Below are positions 1-13,154 of a DNA stretch of 64,000 nt, piece after piece. The notes beneath the pieces were generated by a model. It was given only the letters and a program-made list of their open reading frames with translations. It was not told the DNA's origin and searched no databases. This DNA comes from Fimicolochytrium jonesii (Eukaryota). The stretch covers positions 496,001-560,000 of the forward strand of contig NW_026515672.1 in the NCBI RefSeq assembly GCF_025526975.1, in the 5' to 3' direction. How positions within the stretch are numbered: the first letter of the stretch is position 1; each line of letters begins with the position of its first letter. Both the position numbers and the translations under genes were made by a program.

Positions 1-28
1 GCCTCTGAACATCAATGTTATCTTGCAG

Positions 29-653
29 AACTTCCTAGCGCTATGTGCATCCGGATACTACAACAACAACCTGTTTCACCGGAATATAAGAGGGTTTATG
101 GTGCAGACCGGTGACCCAACTGGTATGTCGGGAATTGCAAATGGGCTTTGCAGCCTTAAAACCCAAGAATGCTCTGCTTATGGTTTATGACTTGAAAGGC
201 ACGGGGAAAGGTGGAACCTCCATTTGGGGTCGCAAGTTCGATGACGAGATCAAAGCAACATTGAAGGTACGTTCAGGAAATGCCTTTCCGCGCAGGAGTG
301 CTTGCAACTAACGCCCCAGAATCACCATAGCATAACGCACGAGGAATAGTGTCGATGGCCAACAAAGGCCCCAATACAAACCTGTCACAGTTCTTCATTA
401 CGTACGGTAAACAATCCCATCTGGACTCGAAATACACTGTGTTTGCAAAGTACGTCAAATACCTTGTGAGATCATATCCTTGATGCCACTGGGGCGACCC
501 CTAACGCCTATTTCCAGAGTGATAGATGGATGGGAGACACTGGATTCTTTGGAGAAGGTGCCTGTGGACGAAAAGTCGAGACCGGTGCAGGAGGTTAGGA
601 TACGGAACGTGACGATACACGCGAACCCGATTGCGGATGCTGTAGGGAGATAG
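29..653 (+). CDS. PPIL3: Cyclophilin-type peptidyl-prolyl isomerase, PPIL3/Cyp10-like (5' partial, spliced)
   Basis: Joined exons (29-122, 199-267, 331-449, ~518-653) read [86 protein letters not shown] introns; stop TAG at 651-653. Confidence 0.92.
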
Positions 654-689
654 GAGACGTTGAGCGATTGTATATATATGGCGTGATGC

Positions 690-903
690 CCAAGGCGTAT
701 TCACCAGGCAAGATTTGGGGCGGTGTGAATTCTATTGACATGACATGGGCGAGTCGTGCTGTGCTCAAGGCGTATTCAACAGACAGCAACGCGCAGATTT
801 GACGTCTATTGACATGATATGGGTGTCGCATGAGTCCTGTCTGAGCCTATTCAAAACAATCGGAGTGCCTTCTACTGACATGATGTGGGTGTCGCATGAG
901 TCC
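690..903. repeat. Degenerate tandem repeat, ~3 copies, period ~66-75 nt
   Basis: tctaYtgacatga..tggg at 731, 805 and 871, the last two continuing tgtcgcatgagtcc; caaggcgtattca at 691 and 766. Confidence 0.75.
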
Positions 904-997
904 ATGTATCGATCGATACAGTAGGCAGCATCCCCAAACCAAAACTGGGTATCATCCGCGCGAAATAGATGTTAGATCCGGCGACCAGATGAGTGTA

Positions 998-2701
998 TCA
1001 ATCACTCAAACCCGAGCTTTCGCCGTTATCCCTCCGCATCTCCTCGACCTGCCGCGCGCTCCCAGCGCCATTCCCTAATATACTCCTCAGAGCCTGGGCC
1101 ATCAAGTCGTTCCCTTCCAAACTGTCATCCATATCTGTACCTCCACCACGCTCCACTGGGCTACGACTACCATACGGACTATCTGCTAGCGACAGATCAT
1201 CAACGATTGCACTTCCCGTTTCGGAGAAATCGGGAACGTCCGATGCAATTGTTCTGGGTGATGCGATAGCGCTGCCGGTGTTTGAGGGCAGCATCAGAGC
1301 TTTCTTGGCGGAAGGCTTCAACCCGGGGTTGTCTGGCGGTGACGCGGATGATTGTCTTGTGCTGGATTTATCGCCTTTCGTCCCTCCTCGCTTTATCGGT
1401 TCCTGTTCCTCAAACTAAGAAGACGTGACGATTAGCATCTACATGCGTTTACATATTCATGTTGGCGACTCAAGTCAACAAACCTTTTGTGCCACGTAGT
1501 TTTTGCAAAGCTCCACCCCTGGAAGCTCCTGTATCAGCGACGCTATCGTAGGGTGCGCAAAGCCGAAGTAGTCTGGTCCGGATGCGCTGTTGCTGTGTTC
1601 CCGCTTCCGGAGGGCATTCGCCACCTTGATCACTGCCGTCCATGCTCCAGTTGCCGAGGTTGCCGTTACGGCTTTTTCTGGAGCGTCCTCCGGTACGATG
1701 TTGAACCGTGGACCATCTCCCCCGTCAGTAATTGAGCAAGTGTAAACGGTGCCTCTCTCAGGGTTCACCATGCTTGCATAGGTCCTGCGAGGTACGGTCA
1801 ACCAAATGCCGTGGCGATATGTCATGATGCGGCGGCTCACCTCGACGCTTTGTATCCGACGGGATAGATATATCGCTCAGTATGGAAGTTCTTCCGGTCA
1901 TGCACGATAGTGCCCAGAGCGTAAAGAGTAGTAATTCCCAGATGTAGAGGAAGGACAGGGTTGCCGAACTCATCCCTGGGCACAGGCTGTATCTTGCGTA
2001 ATTTGGACGTGAACGGTTTTCTTGTCGTTCCTTTCTTCGCTCTTGCGTTCGAAGGAGGTGGAGATGGCTCCCGGGATGGCAGTTGTGACAAGTTCGTTGC
2101 ACCTTCTGCTGTCCTTTGCCGTTTCGCTGATGGAAGGTCCTGCGAGCCATCTAAGGGCAGAAAGTGTGGCAATCAGCGGTCAGGCGCGCGTGAGGACGGA
2201 CAGGTGTGACCCCTACCTGAGGATATATCAGACTCGGAGTCTGTCTCACTAAGGGAGGAGAGGGCAGAGTCGGACGAGGAAGTAATGGGTCCCTCAAAGC
2301 GGTCGAGTCGGTCTAGAAGCAGGCTTAGAGAATGGACATCAGAACAATGAACTCATGGATAGGATGAAGTGCAATGACTCACTCTTTCTCACGCTTCAGA
2401 TGTGAGATTTTCGATCGGGCTTTCTTCAGCTTCGAAGAGAGGTGGTCATGCTCCTGTCGGATGTACAAGTCGTCAGGTCCAGGCATCACAGAATGCGGGG
2501 CTCAGCAGACGTCGCCCTACCTGCAAGACATCCTTCATCTAGATCGTTTCATAGATCAAGGGAAGAATAAGGTCATGTATCGCGCGTATCGTATCAAATT
2601 CGCCATACCTTCCGCTTCAACTGCCTATATTTCTCTTCATTTATGCTTGTGCTCGAACTCCCTTTCTCTTTCCTAGACCTCGACGACGTTGAAGGTGCCA
2701 T
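998..2701 (-). CDS. TBRG1-like FYRN/FYRC domain chromatin protein (spliced)
   Basis: N-terminal EEKYRQLKRK coiled coil; FYRN-like NFHTERYIYPVGYKASR..YASMVNP..YTCSI; FYRC-like SATGAWTAVI..SGPDYFGFAHPTIASLIQELPG. Confidence 0.8.
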
Positions 2702-3177
2702 GATGACGCCAGGTTCCTAGACACACCGTAGACGTGAATATCGGGCTTACGCCGAATTTTCGCGAAAGTTTGGACAGACCTACCGATTAAGCCCGGCGGT
2801 GCGGCTCAGAGTTCCTCCGAACCGTGTGTTGAGGAGCCTAGATGCTGACGATTGTATGTATTAAGTTATATCCTCTCCCTATGGACGGGTGTTGAGGATT
2901 GGTCCGTGCGCTTGGGTTTTATGGTACTCCAAGTCCTGCGTTCGAAAGTGCGGGACCGCCTGGAGAGTCTGGAGGCCGTTCTAGAATACGTAAACGAGGC
3001 GCACAGCAGAGTCTTTCCAGCGAAGTTGCGGGGGGGATTTGTTTTACGCGGGGCAGTCGCCATTGCGCAACTCGAGCTCAGCATCCTGCTCAACACTGGC
3101 TCAACACGCTCAGCAAACCCCCCATAACGGCAAATCTGCTTCGACTCCTTGTCATTTCAGCAACACGACAAACAAAT

Positions 3178-3492
3178 ATGGCGGCTGATCCCTCGAACCC
3201 CAACCCCAAACCCACCGAAACCTGGGCAGCAAGGGCTCGTCGCGGCGCGGCTGGGTCAATGTCGCAGGGACATCGAGGCTGGAGCTCTACATCAACCTCC
3301 GCCAACCCCGCTCCATCATTTTCGGGTGCACGACCAGCTCAGTTTGCTATTGCGGAGGAAATTATGGAGGAACGAATTCTCGGGGCGAACGGGGGCGAGA
3401 CAGGCGAAGAGAGCGACGGACTGCTGGCGGAAACCAACACGGCCCACAGTGTTGGACCAAAGAATGAAGACCAGGACCAGCCGATTCGGTAG
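3178..3492 (+). CDS. Hypothetical protein (first exon or short ORF; structure unresolved)
   Basis: ATG in aaatATGG context, low-complexity ORF MAADPSNPNP..; no recognisable family; downstream exons could not be joined confidently. Confidence 0.25.
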   Translation: MAADPSNPNPKPTETWAARARRGAAGSMSQGHRGWSSTSTSANPAPSFSGARPAQFAIAEEIMEERILGANGGETGEESDGLLAETNTAHSVGPKNEDQDQPIR

Positions 3493-4052
3493 ATATTCAA
3501 AATGGCAACCGGACGTTTGCCGGACATTTCCCTTGTCGGTGTGCTTTTGAGTATAAAATGGCCAGCTCAACGCTCCGTCGCTGGTATGCCGCTATATCCG
3601 AGCCGTGAGACCCCTCGTTGACTTCGTGAAACAGAGCTGGACGGGTGCGTGCTTCATGATTCGAGGTTGAGGGCGCTCGAAAGGTCGGTCCCGACACGTC
3701 GCATAGGAAAAGGCCGGCGACACTGGCCTTTACGAATGCATCATTGTCGAACATGGGTACCTAGTAGGAAATCAGGCCCCCAAAAAATGGCGTGTGTATC
3801 CCGCCGTGGGAGAAGATCGACGGAAAGGGACTCCTCGTGCGTGCATGTAATCGCACAGACGGTGACGGCAATCCCGGGGTCAGATGTACAATATTCACTT
3901 TGCATTTTCAAAACCAAAAAACAAATTCTATTCTGCACGTTTCCTCACCGGTATCTAAGTGCCATGTTTCGCATCGTTCTTGTATGTGCATGGCGCTTGA
4001 TACACCATATGCGGTGAAAACCACATGCCACCCTCTGATCGGCTCGCATGTT

Positions 4053-5992
4053 CTATTTCGGAAATACCGCTTTGATCACACCAGTCCTATTCAATCGTTC
4101 AAAGAGTACCATGAGTCTCTCCGCCTCCCTCTCCTTCTCCTCCTCCGTCATATCTTCGAGTTCGGGTCCTGTATCGGGCCGTTCGTATTTCCCACTGATG
4201 GGATGAATCGGCTGGGAACGGGAGGCCGGTCGTGAATTGGCGGCGCTGTCATCGAATGGACCTCCTGCAATGCCCTTTGAATACAGGAATCCTGCTGCAT
4301 GGCCGTATCCCGTATATCGGACCAGTTTTCCCGGATCCTCGTCGCAGAGCACAAAGATGAGCTCGCAGACGCTGTCACGGATGTTGGGGTGAATTATAGA
4401 TGTCATGAAACCGATCAACCGGGAAGTTAGACTGGTCCCTTCGTCCAGAGGCTTTGAGCGATCGCTACAAATTGGAACTCGTCACTCAATGCCCTTTGAT
4501 CTCGTACTTCACACTCAAGGTCTGAACTTACATATCCTCATGTAGTAAGATATCACGAAGCGCATCTTTCGCGTCCACGTCCTGCCTTGCGATTCCTCCC
4601 AAAACGAGAAGCAGCGAAGGCAGGATGTCCTCCACCTTGGTCTGAGATAATGACTTCCTCCGCGCATTCGGCTTGGAATCCTCGCTTGAATTGGCATCCA
4701 GCGACCCCGCCAGTATCTCACATAGTCTACCCACAAGCGGGTGCACGTCGCCTTGCTTGAAGAACAGGTCGCGGTATGGCGTCAGCGGGAAGTTGAGGAG
4801 TGTGTGGACCATATGCGAGATCGGTGGGGTCAATGGAGTAGATGGGAGGGGATGGTTGATGAGAAGATGTGTGATGACTGGAAGTAGACTGCAAGATGGA
4901 AGAATGAGAATCAGTTTCCTGCCCAAATGTACAAAAGGGCGTTTGCTCACCGAACCCTGTGGGTCTCACCTACTTTTTGAATCCGTCGATGTAATCTACA
5001 TCGACTGTCACTCCAGCTAGCGTGACGACAGTACTTGAAATAGAAGAACGGGACCCTGTCCTTCCATTCAGCTTGGTTGACGACCTCGTCGTCGCTGGGG
5101 CTGGTTTTCCGACACTCATGAGATTATATACGGTCTTCAGAATCTCGCTCATCACCATCTCGGCTTTCACAGACTGCTGCTTCGTGAGCGGTTGAAGGTA
5201 GATGGTCAATGTGTCGACGAACCCCAAGTTGGGAGCGAGCATGCACCTGACTATAGCAGGATCCTCGACGCTCAGAAGGAATGTTATGCGCATGAGGAGG
5301 AATTGAAAGTCACTTGGGAGCTCTGAGTGACAATCCTGCGACCAAGGGCACGCGTCAGGTTTGCAGGCATTTAGGACGGAACGAGTCGGCTCACCTTCAG
5401 CAAGTGACATATGGACTCCACCCCACCAAGCTCCGCAACGCCTAATCGCGCGGGCGGGTGCTGCAATAGCGTGTTGCACAAGCACTTCAAGGCCTCGGTT
5501 GCACTCGGATTCTCGGTGAAATCAAACTTGGCATCTACATCTAGCCTCGCCTGTTTGAGTAACACAGCTACTCCCTGAAAACAGATCGGGAACTCCGTCA
5601 GATCCTGGAAACGCAACGATTCGGCCGCTGAAAATCACCAACATTATTGCCAAAGAGATCATCACATCCTTCGGGCTCGCGCGACAGAAAGCGCAGACAG
5701 GTCAAGATCTTGGTGACAACTGGACAAAAGATATTAGAACTTCAGCCCTCAGCTTTTGATATGTAGCAGCGCAACTCGTTTCCCCGCGCTTACGTGGATT
5801 CTCGTCATATCCTTCGTCTGCGATATCTTTATTCAAAGCCTCCAGAAGTCGCTGAATGAAAGCCCGTTTGTTTTCCACAGTCGTGACCCCAGCCCCAACA
5901 AAACTAGTCGTAGTTTCGTGCTCAGTGTTGAACCGATTAAGCGTGGACTCCAGGTTTTGCGCCGGTAAAGGACCATTCGGAAAGAACGGCAT
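4053..5992 (-). CDS. RIC8: Ric-8/synembryn G-alpha GEF/chaperone (spliced)
   Basis: EALKCLCNTLL; ELIFVLCDED..LVRYTGYGHAAGFL; C-terminal IHPISG..MTEEEKEREAERLMVLFERLNRTGVI signature. Confidence 0.92.
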
Positions 5993-6291
5993 GACTGCCC
6001 TGGTCCGAAAAGTCCCAGTATCGCCGATCTTCTATCTGCAGAACCTGAAGAACGACGCAGCTCGGTTGTGAAGGCTGGCCTCAGTCTGAAGATTGCTGCA
6101 AATGAGAGAAAGGGAGCTGGATCGAGTCCAGCCCAACGCGTGACACCCGTGACAAAGTTGGAAAGCTGGTTGTAAAAGGGTTCTGCATCATTTTCCTTCC
6201 TGACCAAATTCCTGAACTTCAGAGCACGGTTGGTTCCGTTCTTTGCACTTCTGCACCCTATCCACAGCACCGCCGACGAGCTTCTTTCAAT

Positions 6292-7108
6292 ATGGCGGAT
6301 ACAAACGAGAAGAAGAAACTTCGCATCGGGGTGCTAGGTACGGCTTTGAGCCTTTGTTTTGCGCGGAGTTTCCAATGTCTGACAAACGCAACTCCAGCCC
6401 TGCAGGGAGCTTTCACAGAACATCAACATCTCCTGCACCGCTTGACCGAGGATGTGGACTCCACCGTGCAGGTCAAGACCGAGGCGGCTCTCTTGGACCC
6501 AACGCTCGACGCCCTGATATTACCTGGCGGAGAAAGCACCACAATGGCACTTATTGCAGAGAGGACTGGGTTAATGGAGCCACTGCGGAACTGGGTCAAG
6601 GCTGGAAAGCCTGTCTGGGTACGTTATGTTCGGATGGGAGGAGGTTCGGGAAGTCTTCATGATGACATGAAACTCAATCACACAACGTCGATAGGGAACC
6701 TGCGCAGGGATGATTCTCCTTTCCAACGAAGCACACAAGATCAAAATTGGTGGTCAATCCCTTATTGGCGGTCTGGATGTGACTGTCAAGCGCAATGCTT
6801 TCGGCGCCCAGGTGGATTCATTTGTCGGAGACTTGTCCGTCCCGGCCCTAACGGAACCAGAGCGACTCTTTCCTGGCGTGTTCATCCGTGCACCCATCAT
6901 CGAGACAGTAAAGCCAGAAAAAGTGCAAGTTCTCGCTAGGGTGGTCAAGAATGCGGCACCGACGTCTGCTGAGGATGGTGATATCGTGGCGGTACGGCAA
7001 GGGCATATTCTTGCTACTGCTTTCCATCCAGAGCTTACAAGTGATGAGAGGTTCCATAGGTACTTTATAGACATGGTTAGGGAGGTGCAGGATCAGACGA
7101 AGGCGTAG
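6292..7108 (+). CDS. SNO1: Pyridoxal 5'-phosphate synthase glutaminase subunit (Pdx2/PdxT), spliced
   Basis: IGVL(A)[28 protein letters not shown] across an intron, [23 protein letters not shown] (Cys-His-Glu triad). Confidence 0.95.
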
Positions 7109-7639
7109 CGGATTTCATGTACATACCCTTGAAGGGGTTTGATCAGACGGGTTCTATTTAGATAGATTTGGCATAGATGCGTCATTTGATTGTCGTAAAT
7201 CCCACGCAGTTCAGTAGAATCCGACCTTACCGAGTCAGACGACGTTGCCTTTATATTTACGCAATGTAATGTGGTGAACGCTCTTTTCAACTCGAGAGTG
7301 ACATGTTTTCGGTTTCAGTGCGAGCCGTAGTTGCGCCCTCGTGATGAAAGAATATGATAAATCGGGACGCTTTTGGGGCTCGGGAGAACCAGTGCTGGGA
7401 GAACGCGTTGGCAAACCCCGGTGACGACCAGGAAAGCCTGGCAAGAGCCTCAAGAGCTGCATTCAGAGCCGATTCAGAGCTGCATTAACAGTTATCTGCG
7501 CTGCGAAAGCGATATCGCTTGGAAGTCTTTGACCTTCTCTTTCGTCAAGGCTACCCTCCCGCAAAAGGTATACTTCATCGGTTCAATTGTGCCACACCGT
7601 TTTGCGTCTCTCTTACCGATACCACTTTCAGTAACCGTC

Positions 7640-8260
7640 ATGTTCCAAACCGAGGCTCTCCACGCCTTGAAAAAGGCTGCCGCCAACTGGCCTGGGAGTC
7701 AGCAGAGGTTTTTATCGACAGCGACGCACCGAGCGTCTAGACTGAGCGACTCAGGAGTAAAGGCACGGCATACTATCCGCATTGCAAACCGCTCTCAACC
7801 GACCCCCCGATCTACGACGACCCGCTGGTCACGGCCGAACTCGTCGTCCTCAGCATCCGAATCTGTCCCATACCCCGAACCGATACCATCACATACCCCA
7901 CAGCCTCGCGCAACAGGACTTAGACTGATCGCCCGTCGTTCCAAAGAAGGTGTTGCCTTTGTAGGGCGGTTCAAGAAGACCATTTTCGAGCTGTTTCTAT
8001 GGATGGTGTGTGGGAGTTTGGCACTGGAGCTGAAGTGGATGCGGAGAGACTTTGCGGAGTACAAAGAGACGGTGGACGTCAAGGCCAGAAAGTTGCGAAA
8101 GGAGATCGAAGCGCTGAAGAGGGAGTTGAGGCCGCTGCCAGCGGACACTCCAAAGGCACCTGTGAAGGCCAGCAGGGCGGTGGAGAAAGCGACTTCGTCT
8201 ACGCCAACCTCAGATGTTAGCGGGTCTCCGACGCCGTCAAAGAAGTTCGCCATATATTAG
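7640..8260 (+). CDS. Putative mitochondrial single-pass membrane protein with coiled coil (DUF5321-like)
   Basis: Arg/Ser-rich N-terminus (QRFLSTA), hydrophobic segment IFELFLWMVCGSLAL followed by coiled coil WMRRDFAEYKETVDVKARKLRKEIEAL; family assignment is by recalled pattern only. Confidence 0.55.
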   Translation: MFQTEALHALKKAAANWPGSQQRFLSTATHRASRLSDSGVKARHTIRIANRSQPTPRSTTTRWSRPNSSSSASESVPYPEPIPSHTPQPRATGLRLIARRSKEGVAFVGRFKKTIFELFLWMVCGSLALELKWMRRDFAEYKETVDVKARKLRKEIEALKRELRPLPADTPKAPVKASRAVEKATSSTPTSDVSGSPTPSKKFAIY

Positions 8261-8736
8261 CGCTACGTTAGTTTTCGTGCAGTGGGATGTAGATCTAGAG
8301 TTTCGTGCGGCGGGAATTCTATCGACAGGATGGAATCAGACATCATGACCCATATGAGTATAAAAACCATACCATACAAGACAGTACATCTCGGGCATCG
8401 GGAGCTTCCATATGCTTCGCAAAGGAAGAGTCGACTCGCTCGAAACTGGTCCTCGTGAGAGACGACGTGACCCAGGACGTGACCGATGTTGGGACTGGAG
8501 AACACGGGCGCGATTTCGGCCGTTCAAAGTCGTCACGACGCGCTCTGCAAATTCATCTCGTTGTTGGAACTGCTTCTGGAACTGCTTGCCCATCCCCCGT
8601 CATCCCGGACGCATTGCCCACCCACTGCCGACTCGGACAGCCAAAAACCAACCGCCTTTGGGAAGCAGCTTCACCCTTTCTCGGAAAGCGCTGGCAAACC
8701 GACAACTCCAACCAGTCCGTTTCTCGCTCGTCCATC

Positions 8737-9699
8737 ATGAACATCTTTCGCCTCGTCGCGGATCTGATGCACCTGGCATCAATCGTCATTCTGCTTCTGA
8801 AAATAACGCAAACGCGGTCGGCAGCAGGTGAGACGATCAGTCGTTGATCAGCAGGCCCGCTTCAGCTTTGCGGGTCGTCTGTCATGGAAATATATCAGAA
8901 GACGGAAACCCCGCTTTCTGAAATGCGACCGGAAGGTGATCTCTCGTCACTGGGACTGACGTTCACTCCCTTTCCCAGGCATATCATTTAAAACCCAAGC
9001 GCTCTACGCCCTCATCTTCTGCACGCGGTATCTCGATCTCTTCGTCAAATTCGTGTCCCTCTACAACACGGTGATGAAGCTCTTCTTCATCGGGACATCC
9101 TTCTACATCTTGTACCTCATGAAGGTGAAATATCGCGCAACGTGGGACTCGACGCACGACACGCTTCGTGTGGAGTATCTGATGGGGCCGTGCGCGGTTC
9201 TGGGGCTGATTTTCCATGAGGGAGGACCTTTCAACATCATCGAGGTACGAAATACAGCAGAGGTTTAGGAGAGCTTAACCTCCATTTTCAGAGCTTGGAG
9301 AGCTGATGGCAATGTCGATCATCCATCACAGATCTTATGGTCTTTCTCGATCTTCCTGGAATCCGTGGCGATCCTTCCACAGCTGTTCCAATTGACGCGG
9401 ACAGGGGAAGCAGAGACCATTACGACGCACTACCTCTTTGCGTTAGGCGCCTACCGAGGGCTGTACATCCTCAATTGGATATATCGGTATTTCACGGACG
9501 GCCATGTGGACTATGTGGCCGTCATCTCAGGGATCCTGCAGACGGCCCTGTACTGCGACTTCTTTTACGTCTATTTTGGGAGGTTCGTCATTTTCTCTGA
9601 GAGGGATTCTATGCTGCAAGTTCCGTCACACCGCACAAACTGATGCACGTTCCATTTCGTAGGGTGCTGAAGGGCAAAAAGTTCAAGCTACCTGCTTGA
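8737..9699 (+). CDS. ERD2: ER lumen protein-retaining (HDEL/KDEL) receptor, spliced
   Basis: [86 protein letters not shown]. Confidence 0.96.
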
Positions 9700-9966
9700 G
9701 ATTTCTATACGAATCATGAGATTACCCTGTTGCGGCGGAGGGGGCGACTCGGGAAGCGTCAGTCGGTCCGATGAGATGGGACAGATGGGACTTGCGCACA
9801 ACCATATTACATAGAGAACAAATACCCGTCCTGTAACTGGCGCCGTGATCTTAGAGATCACAGAGAACAACCCAATCAGAATCTCACAACTGAATGCGGC
9901 CCTGATGGAGAAGAAGTGCAGACCATCACGGGCTGGTGCGGCGCAGACCAGGGTTCACGGTCCGCT

Positions 9967-12533
9967 TTATATTATTTCAAAGAGCAGCGGCTGGGCAACG
10001 GCCGCGCTCTTCATGCCGTATACCCGTAATGGGATAATACAATCAAACGCCTCTACTTTGGCGGTCGGGATCGCGTGCGTGTGGATGAAGGTCGAGTTGC
10101 TGGAGGATTGGAGATGGAGTTGCTTTTCGGTGCCTGTTATGAACTCTAGGCGGAGGGACCATCGTAGAGCAACTGGTTTTGAGAATACGAAGGTTGAGCT
10201 AAGAAAAGCGCATCCCAAACCACCAGCGTCAGTTTCCCTTCTCTCCTCACCTGCAGAAGTCTCAAAATCCCCCGTAGAGGTATTCGGCACGAATAGGTCG
10301 ATACCGATGCGTTTGTGATTCAGCGTGAACTTATGCTGCTCGGCATATACGCGCCGTGACAGCGTTGCGCTCTCGCCGACAGGCCGAACGCCATATGCCT
10401 CGTCGACGTATTCTTTGCTTTCTAGGAATGCTGATACCTATGTGGTTGCAGATTGCGTAGAGTTCAGGTACTCAGTCGATCGCGACGGCAGTTTCGCGCA
10501 ATGAGTGCTTACCCGAAAGCACGGAATGGTGCTATTGCTAAAGTTGAGTATCCCCATTAACGTCTCGCCCAGCCGGTATACATTCCGGTTGAGGGTCAAC
10601 TTCGCGACGTTGTCCGTGTTTTTGCATATATCGTACGAAACTGCATTGCGTACAGGTATCAGCATTGATCCCGTATAGTCCCGTATAGTCTCCGTCCCGG
10701 TATGTATAAAGCAAGACCAACATACGCACCCTTCCGCGACATCATACAAACAGAAATCGTCCGCGACAAACAGTCATTAATGTCGTCTTTGTCCAGCAAG
10801 GACGCCTGGTTGCTGTTTGCCTGCCTGTCCAGATCTGCCATGTCAGCCAGTCAATCGGCCATACATAGATTGTACATGCTTCAAAACATCTGTGCGTAGC
10901 TGTGGGGCAACTACCGACCTGAGTGTTCGTTTTCCACTACGATGCTGGCTTCGTCACGGGTATATGCTGCGGGGCTTGTGAGGCCGTACAGTGGGCGAGA
11001 GCCGTCGCCTGTTGCAAAGAGTGTTCAAACCCAGCTGCCGTGCTAAAAGCGGAAATGAACATGCGAGACCGCTTTGGTACGTTACCTCTGACAAAGTTGA
11101 ACATGCGAAAGGGGAGAGATATGACTTGCGACTTGTGGGTTATCCCGCCCCGCTGGACGCCCACGATGAGCTTATACGATATCCGGAGGAACTTCCCTCT
11201 ATGTGATGGCGGTAATGATTGCGGCAGGTTGAACTCGAACTTGTCTGATGTACGGATGAACACAAACATGAAATGTCAGCCACATGCTAGCAGCATTGTA
11301 ACGACTGCCAAGATTCTTCGAGCGTTGCAAAGCTCACATCATTTGCGCACATGTTTTGCTTTCGCCCGGATCCAGGACGAGGTCCGTGAACATGATGGAC
11401 GGTGGTGTGCTCAAGACCGGAAACGTTTGTGCTTGTGAGTCTGAAGCAGAGCGATCCGTCTTGCCCGTAGAGGTGGTGCCAGCCACCCCCATTGTGCCTC
11501 CGCCGCCTGCCGCGCCAGCTGGCCGATACATCGCCTTCGACTTCAGCGATTCAAACTCTGTGATCTTTACGGTGGCTGCATCCACCCAAAACTCGCCCGT
11601 CAACTGTGCATACGCCCATGCAAACTTTTCGTACTTCGCTCCATGCGGTGAAGGCGCGGAGCCTCGCATAGGCGTTGGTTCGGGTAACCCGCGGGGAAGC
11701 GGTAACGGAGAGTAAGCGGACGGCATATCCCCGAAAGAATCAGACTGCACCAGGGTGCCGGAATCGCTTTGTTGATCCAAGAGAGATGCAGGGAGTGGTT
11801 TAAGAACATCGTTGCCAATCATATGGAGGGAGACCCGCTGCGTCGTTGGCGGGCCAAGATCGTTTCGGTTCAGGAATGGTCTTAGTGGCGGGGAGCGGGT
11901 GGGGGATTGTGATAGGTGTCCCTGAGGAGTCGACGCTGCTGATGATTGTGTTGAATCTTGCGCGTGATTGTGCTCGGAAATGTCTCTCATGCTGTGCATG
12001 AACGCCGAGTTTCGAGTATCTGATGGGGTTCCCAGTATGCTGAGTGTGGTTCCCACAGCGCTTCGTATCGACGTCAGTGAGAGGGATCGCCGGAGCAAGC
12101 CCGTTAACCCGGACGACTGGGTAGCCTGCCCCTCTGCAGATCCAGCCTCTGGCGCGCCCGCTGCTCCCTCAGACGTCTTAACAGGCTGTTGTACCGGATT
12201 CGACCCCAGCTCATTATCCTCCACACTCTCTCCAAAGCTCGCCTGCAAGTCAAGATCACTCGTCGACTTTGTCATCGTCGTGGCCTTCAACGCCGCGACG
12301 CGCAAGTTCTGGCCCGTAGAGCTGTTCCTAGAGTGGCCTGGGGTCCTCTTTGCCGCATTTCTGGCAGCTAGTGAGCCTAGCGGGCTTTGTGAAGCTGCGG
12401 CTAGTCTTGCAGGGGTGTTCACCGTCGCTTTGTTGGAGAACGTGAGGTGGCATACGAATTTCTCACCGGCATAGAACACGCCGTCGCGTCCGGTGTCGGC
12501 ATCTCCGAGCTTTGCGGTGAGAAGGACCACCAT
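9967..12533 (-). CDS. RGP1: Rgp1 (Ric1-Rgp1 Ypt6/Rab6 GEF subunit), spliced
   Basis: VFYAGEKFVCHLTFSN; WAYAQLTGEF; PVLSTPPSIMFTDLVLDPGESKT; LPQSLPPSHRGKFLRISYKL; YRLGETLMG; LRWSLRLEFIT; FDCIIPLRVY. Confidence 0.88.
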
Positions 12534-13063
12534 GGATAGCTAGGATGTGTGGGCTCTCTATCTCTGTGGGACCGGCCCTAGCGATGCTCAAAGTGTTGGA
12601 TGAAACGAGCCAACTGCACAGTGTCTTTCCTCAAGGCGTTCTTGACTGACGGGATTCAGCTTTGGGCTTGTCTCGTCGCGTTATAATAGTTGTTTATCCT
12701 TGAGTCTCACGCCTTCCAGAACTTCTGGCACATGGTTGGTTGCAACGACGACCAGTTAGTGTAAGTGTTTTACGGCGCAAGAATCGGGAGAAGGAACGCT
12801 GCTGTCGACCACATCGAGCAAGGTGACTAAAGTTCTCGGAGGCCGCTCCGCTTCAATCAACGGGACACCTGAGTAGAAGAAGAAGCAAACGACGCTTCCA
12901 AGCATAACCAGCGACAAAAAATCGATCAAGGGAAAATGTGGTATGCCAGAAGCTATGATAATGATATTTGTGAAATCTACACCCTCTTCACCATACACCC
13001 AGAGGGGGGATCACCAGAGAAAAAACTGTGCGAGGTGGATAACCTCAAAACTATGTAACAGAA

Positions 13064-13154
13064 TTCGCTCAGGGTGGGCATCTCCGGGGGTCGAGAAGAG
13101 CGAGCAGTCGTGCACTCGCCCCTCCGCACCGGAGAGTCATCCATCACTGCTGAA
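13064..13154 (-). ncRNA. Candidate C/D-type kink-turn hairpin downstream of SNU13
   Basis: Minus strand UUCAGC-AGU-GAUGG...CCCUGA-GCGAA forms a stem, 3-nt bulge, tandem G.A/A.G, U.U, G-C, G-C; encloses a long hairpin (UCUCCGG/CCGGAGA; GAGGGGCGAGUG/UGCUCGCUCUUC). Confidence 0.55.

Noticed and set aside
690..903. CRISPR-like repeat-spacer array
   Set aside because: Only ~3 degenerate copies, the spacers are themselves related, there are no cas genes and the context is eukaryotic
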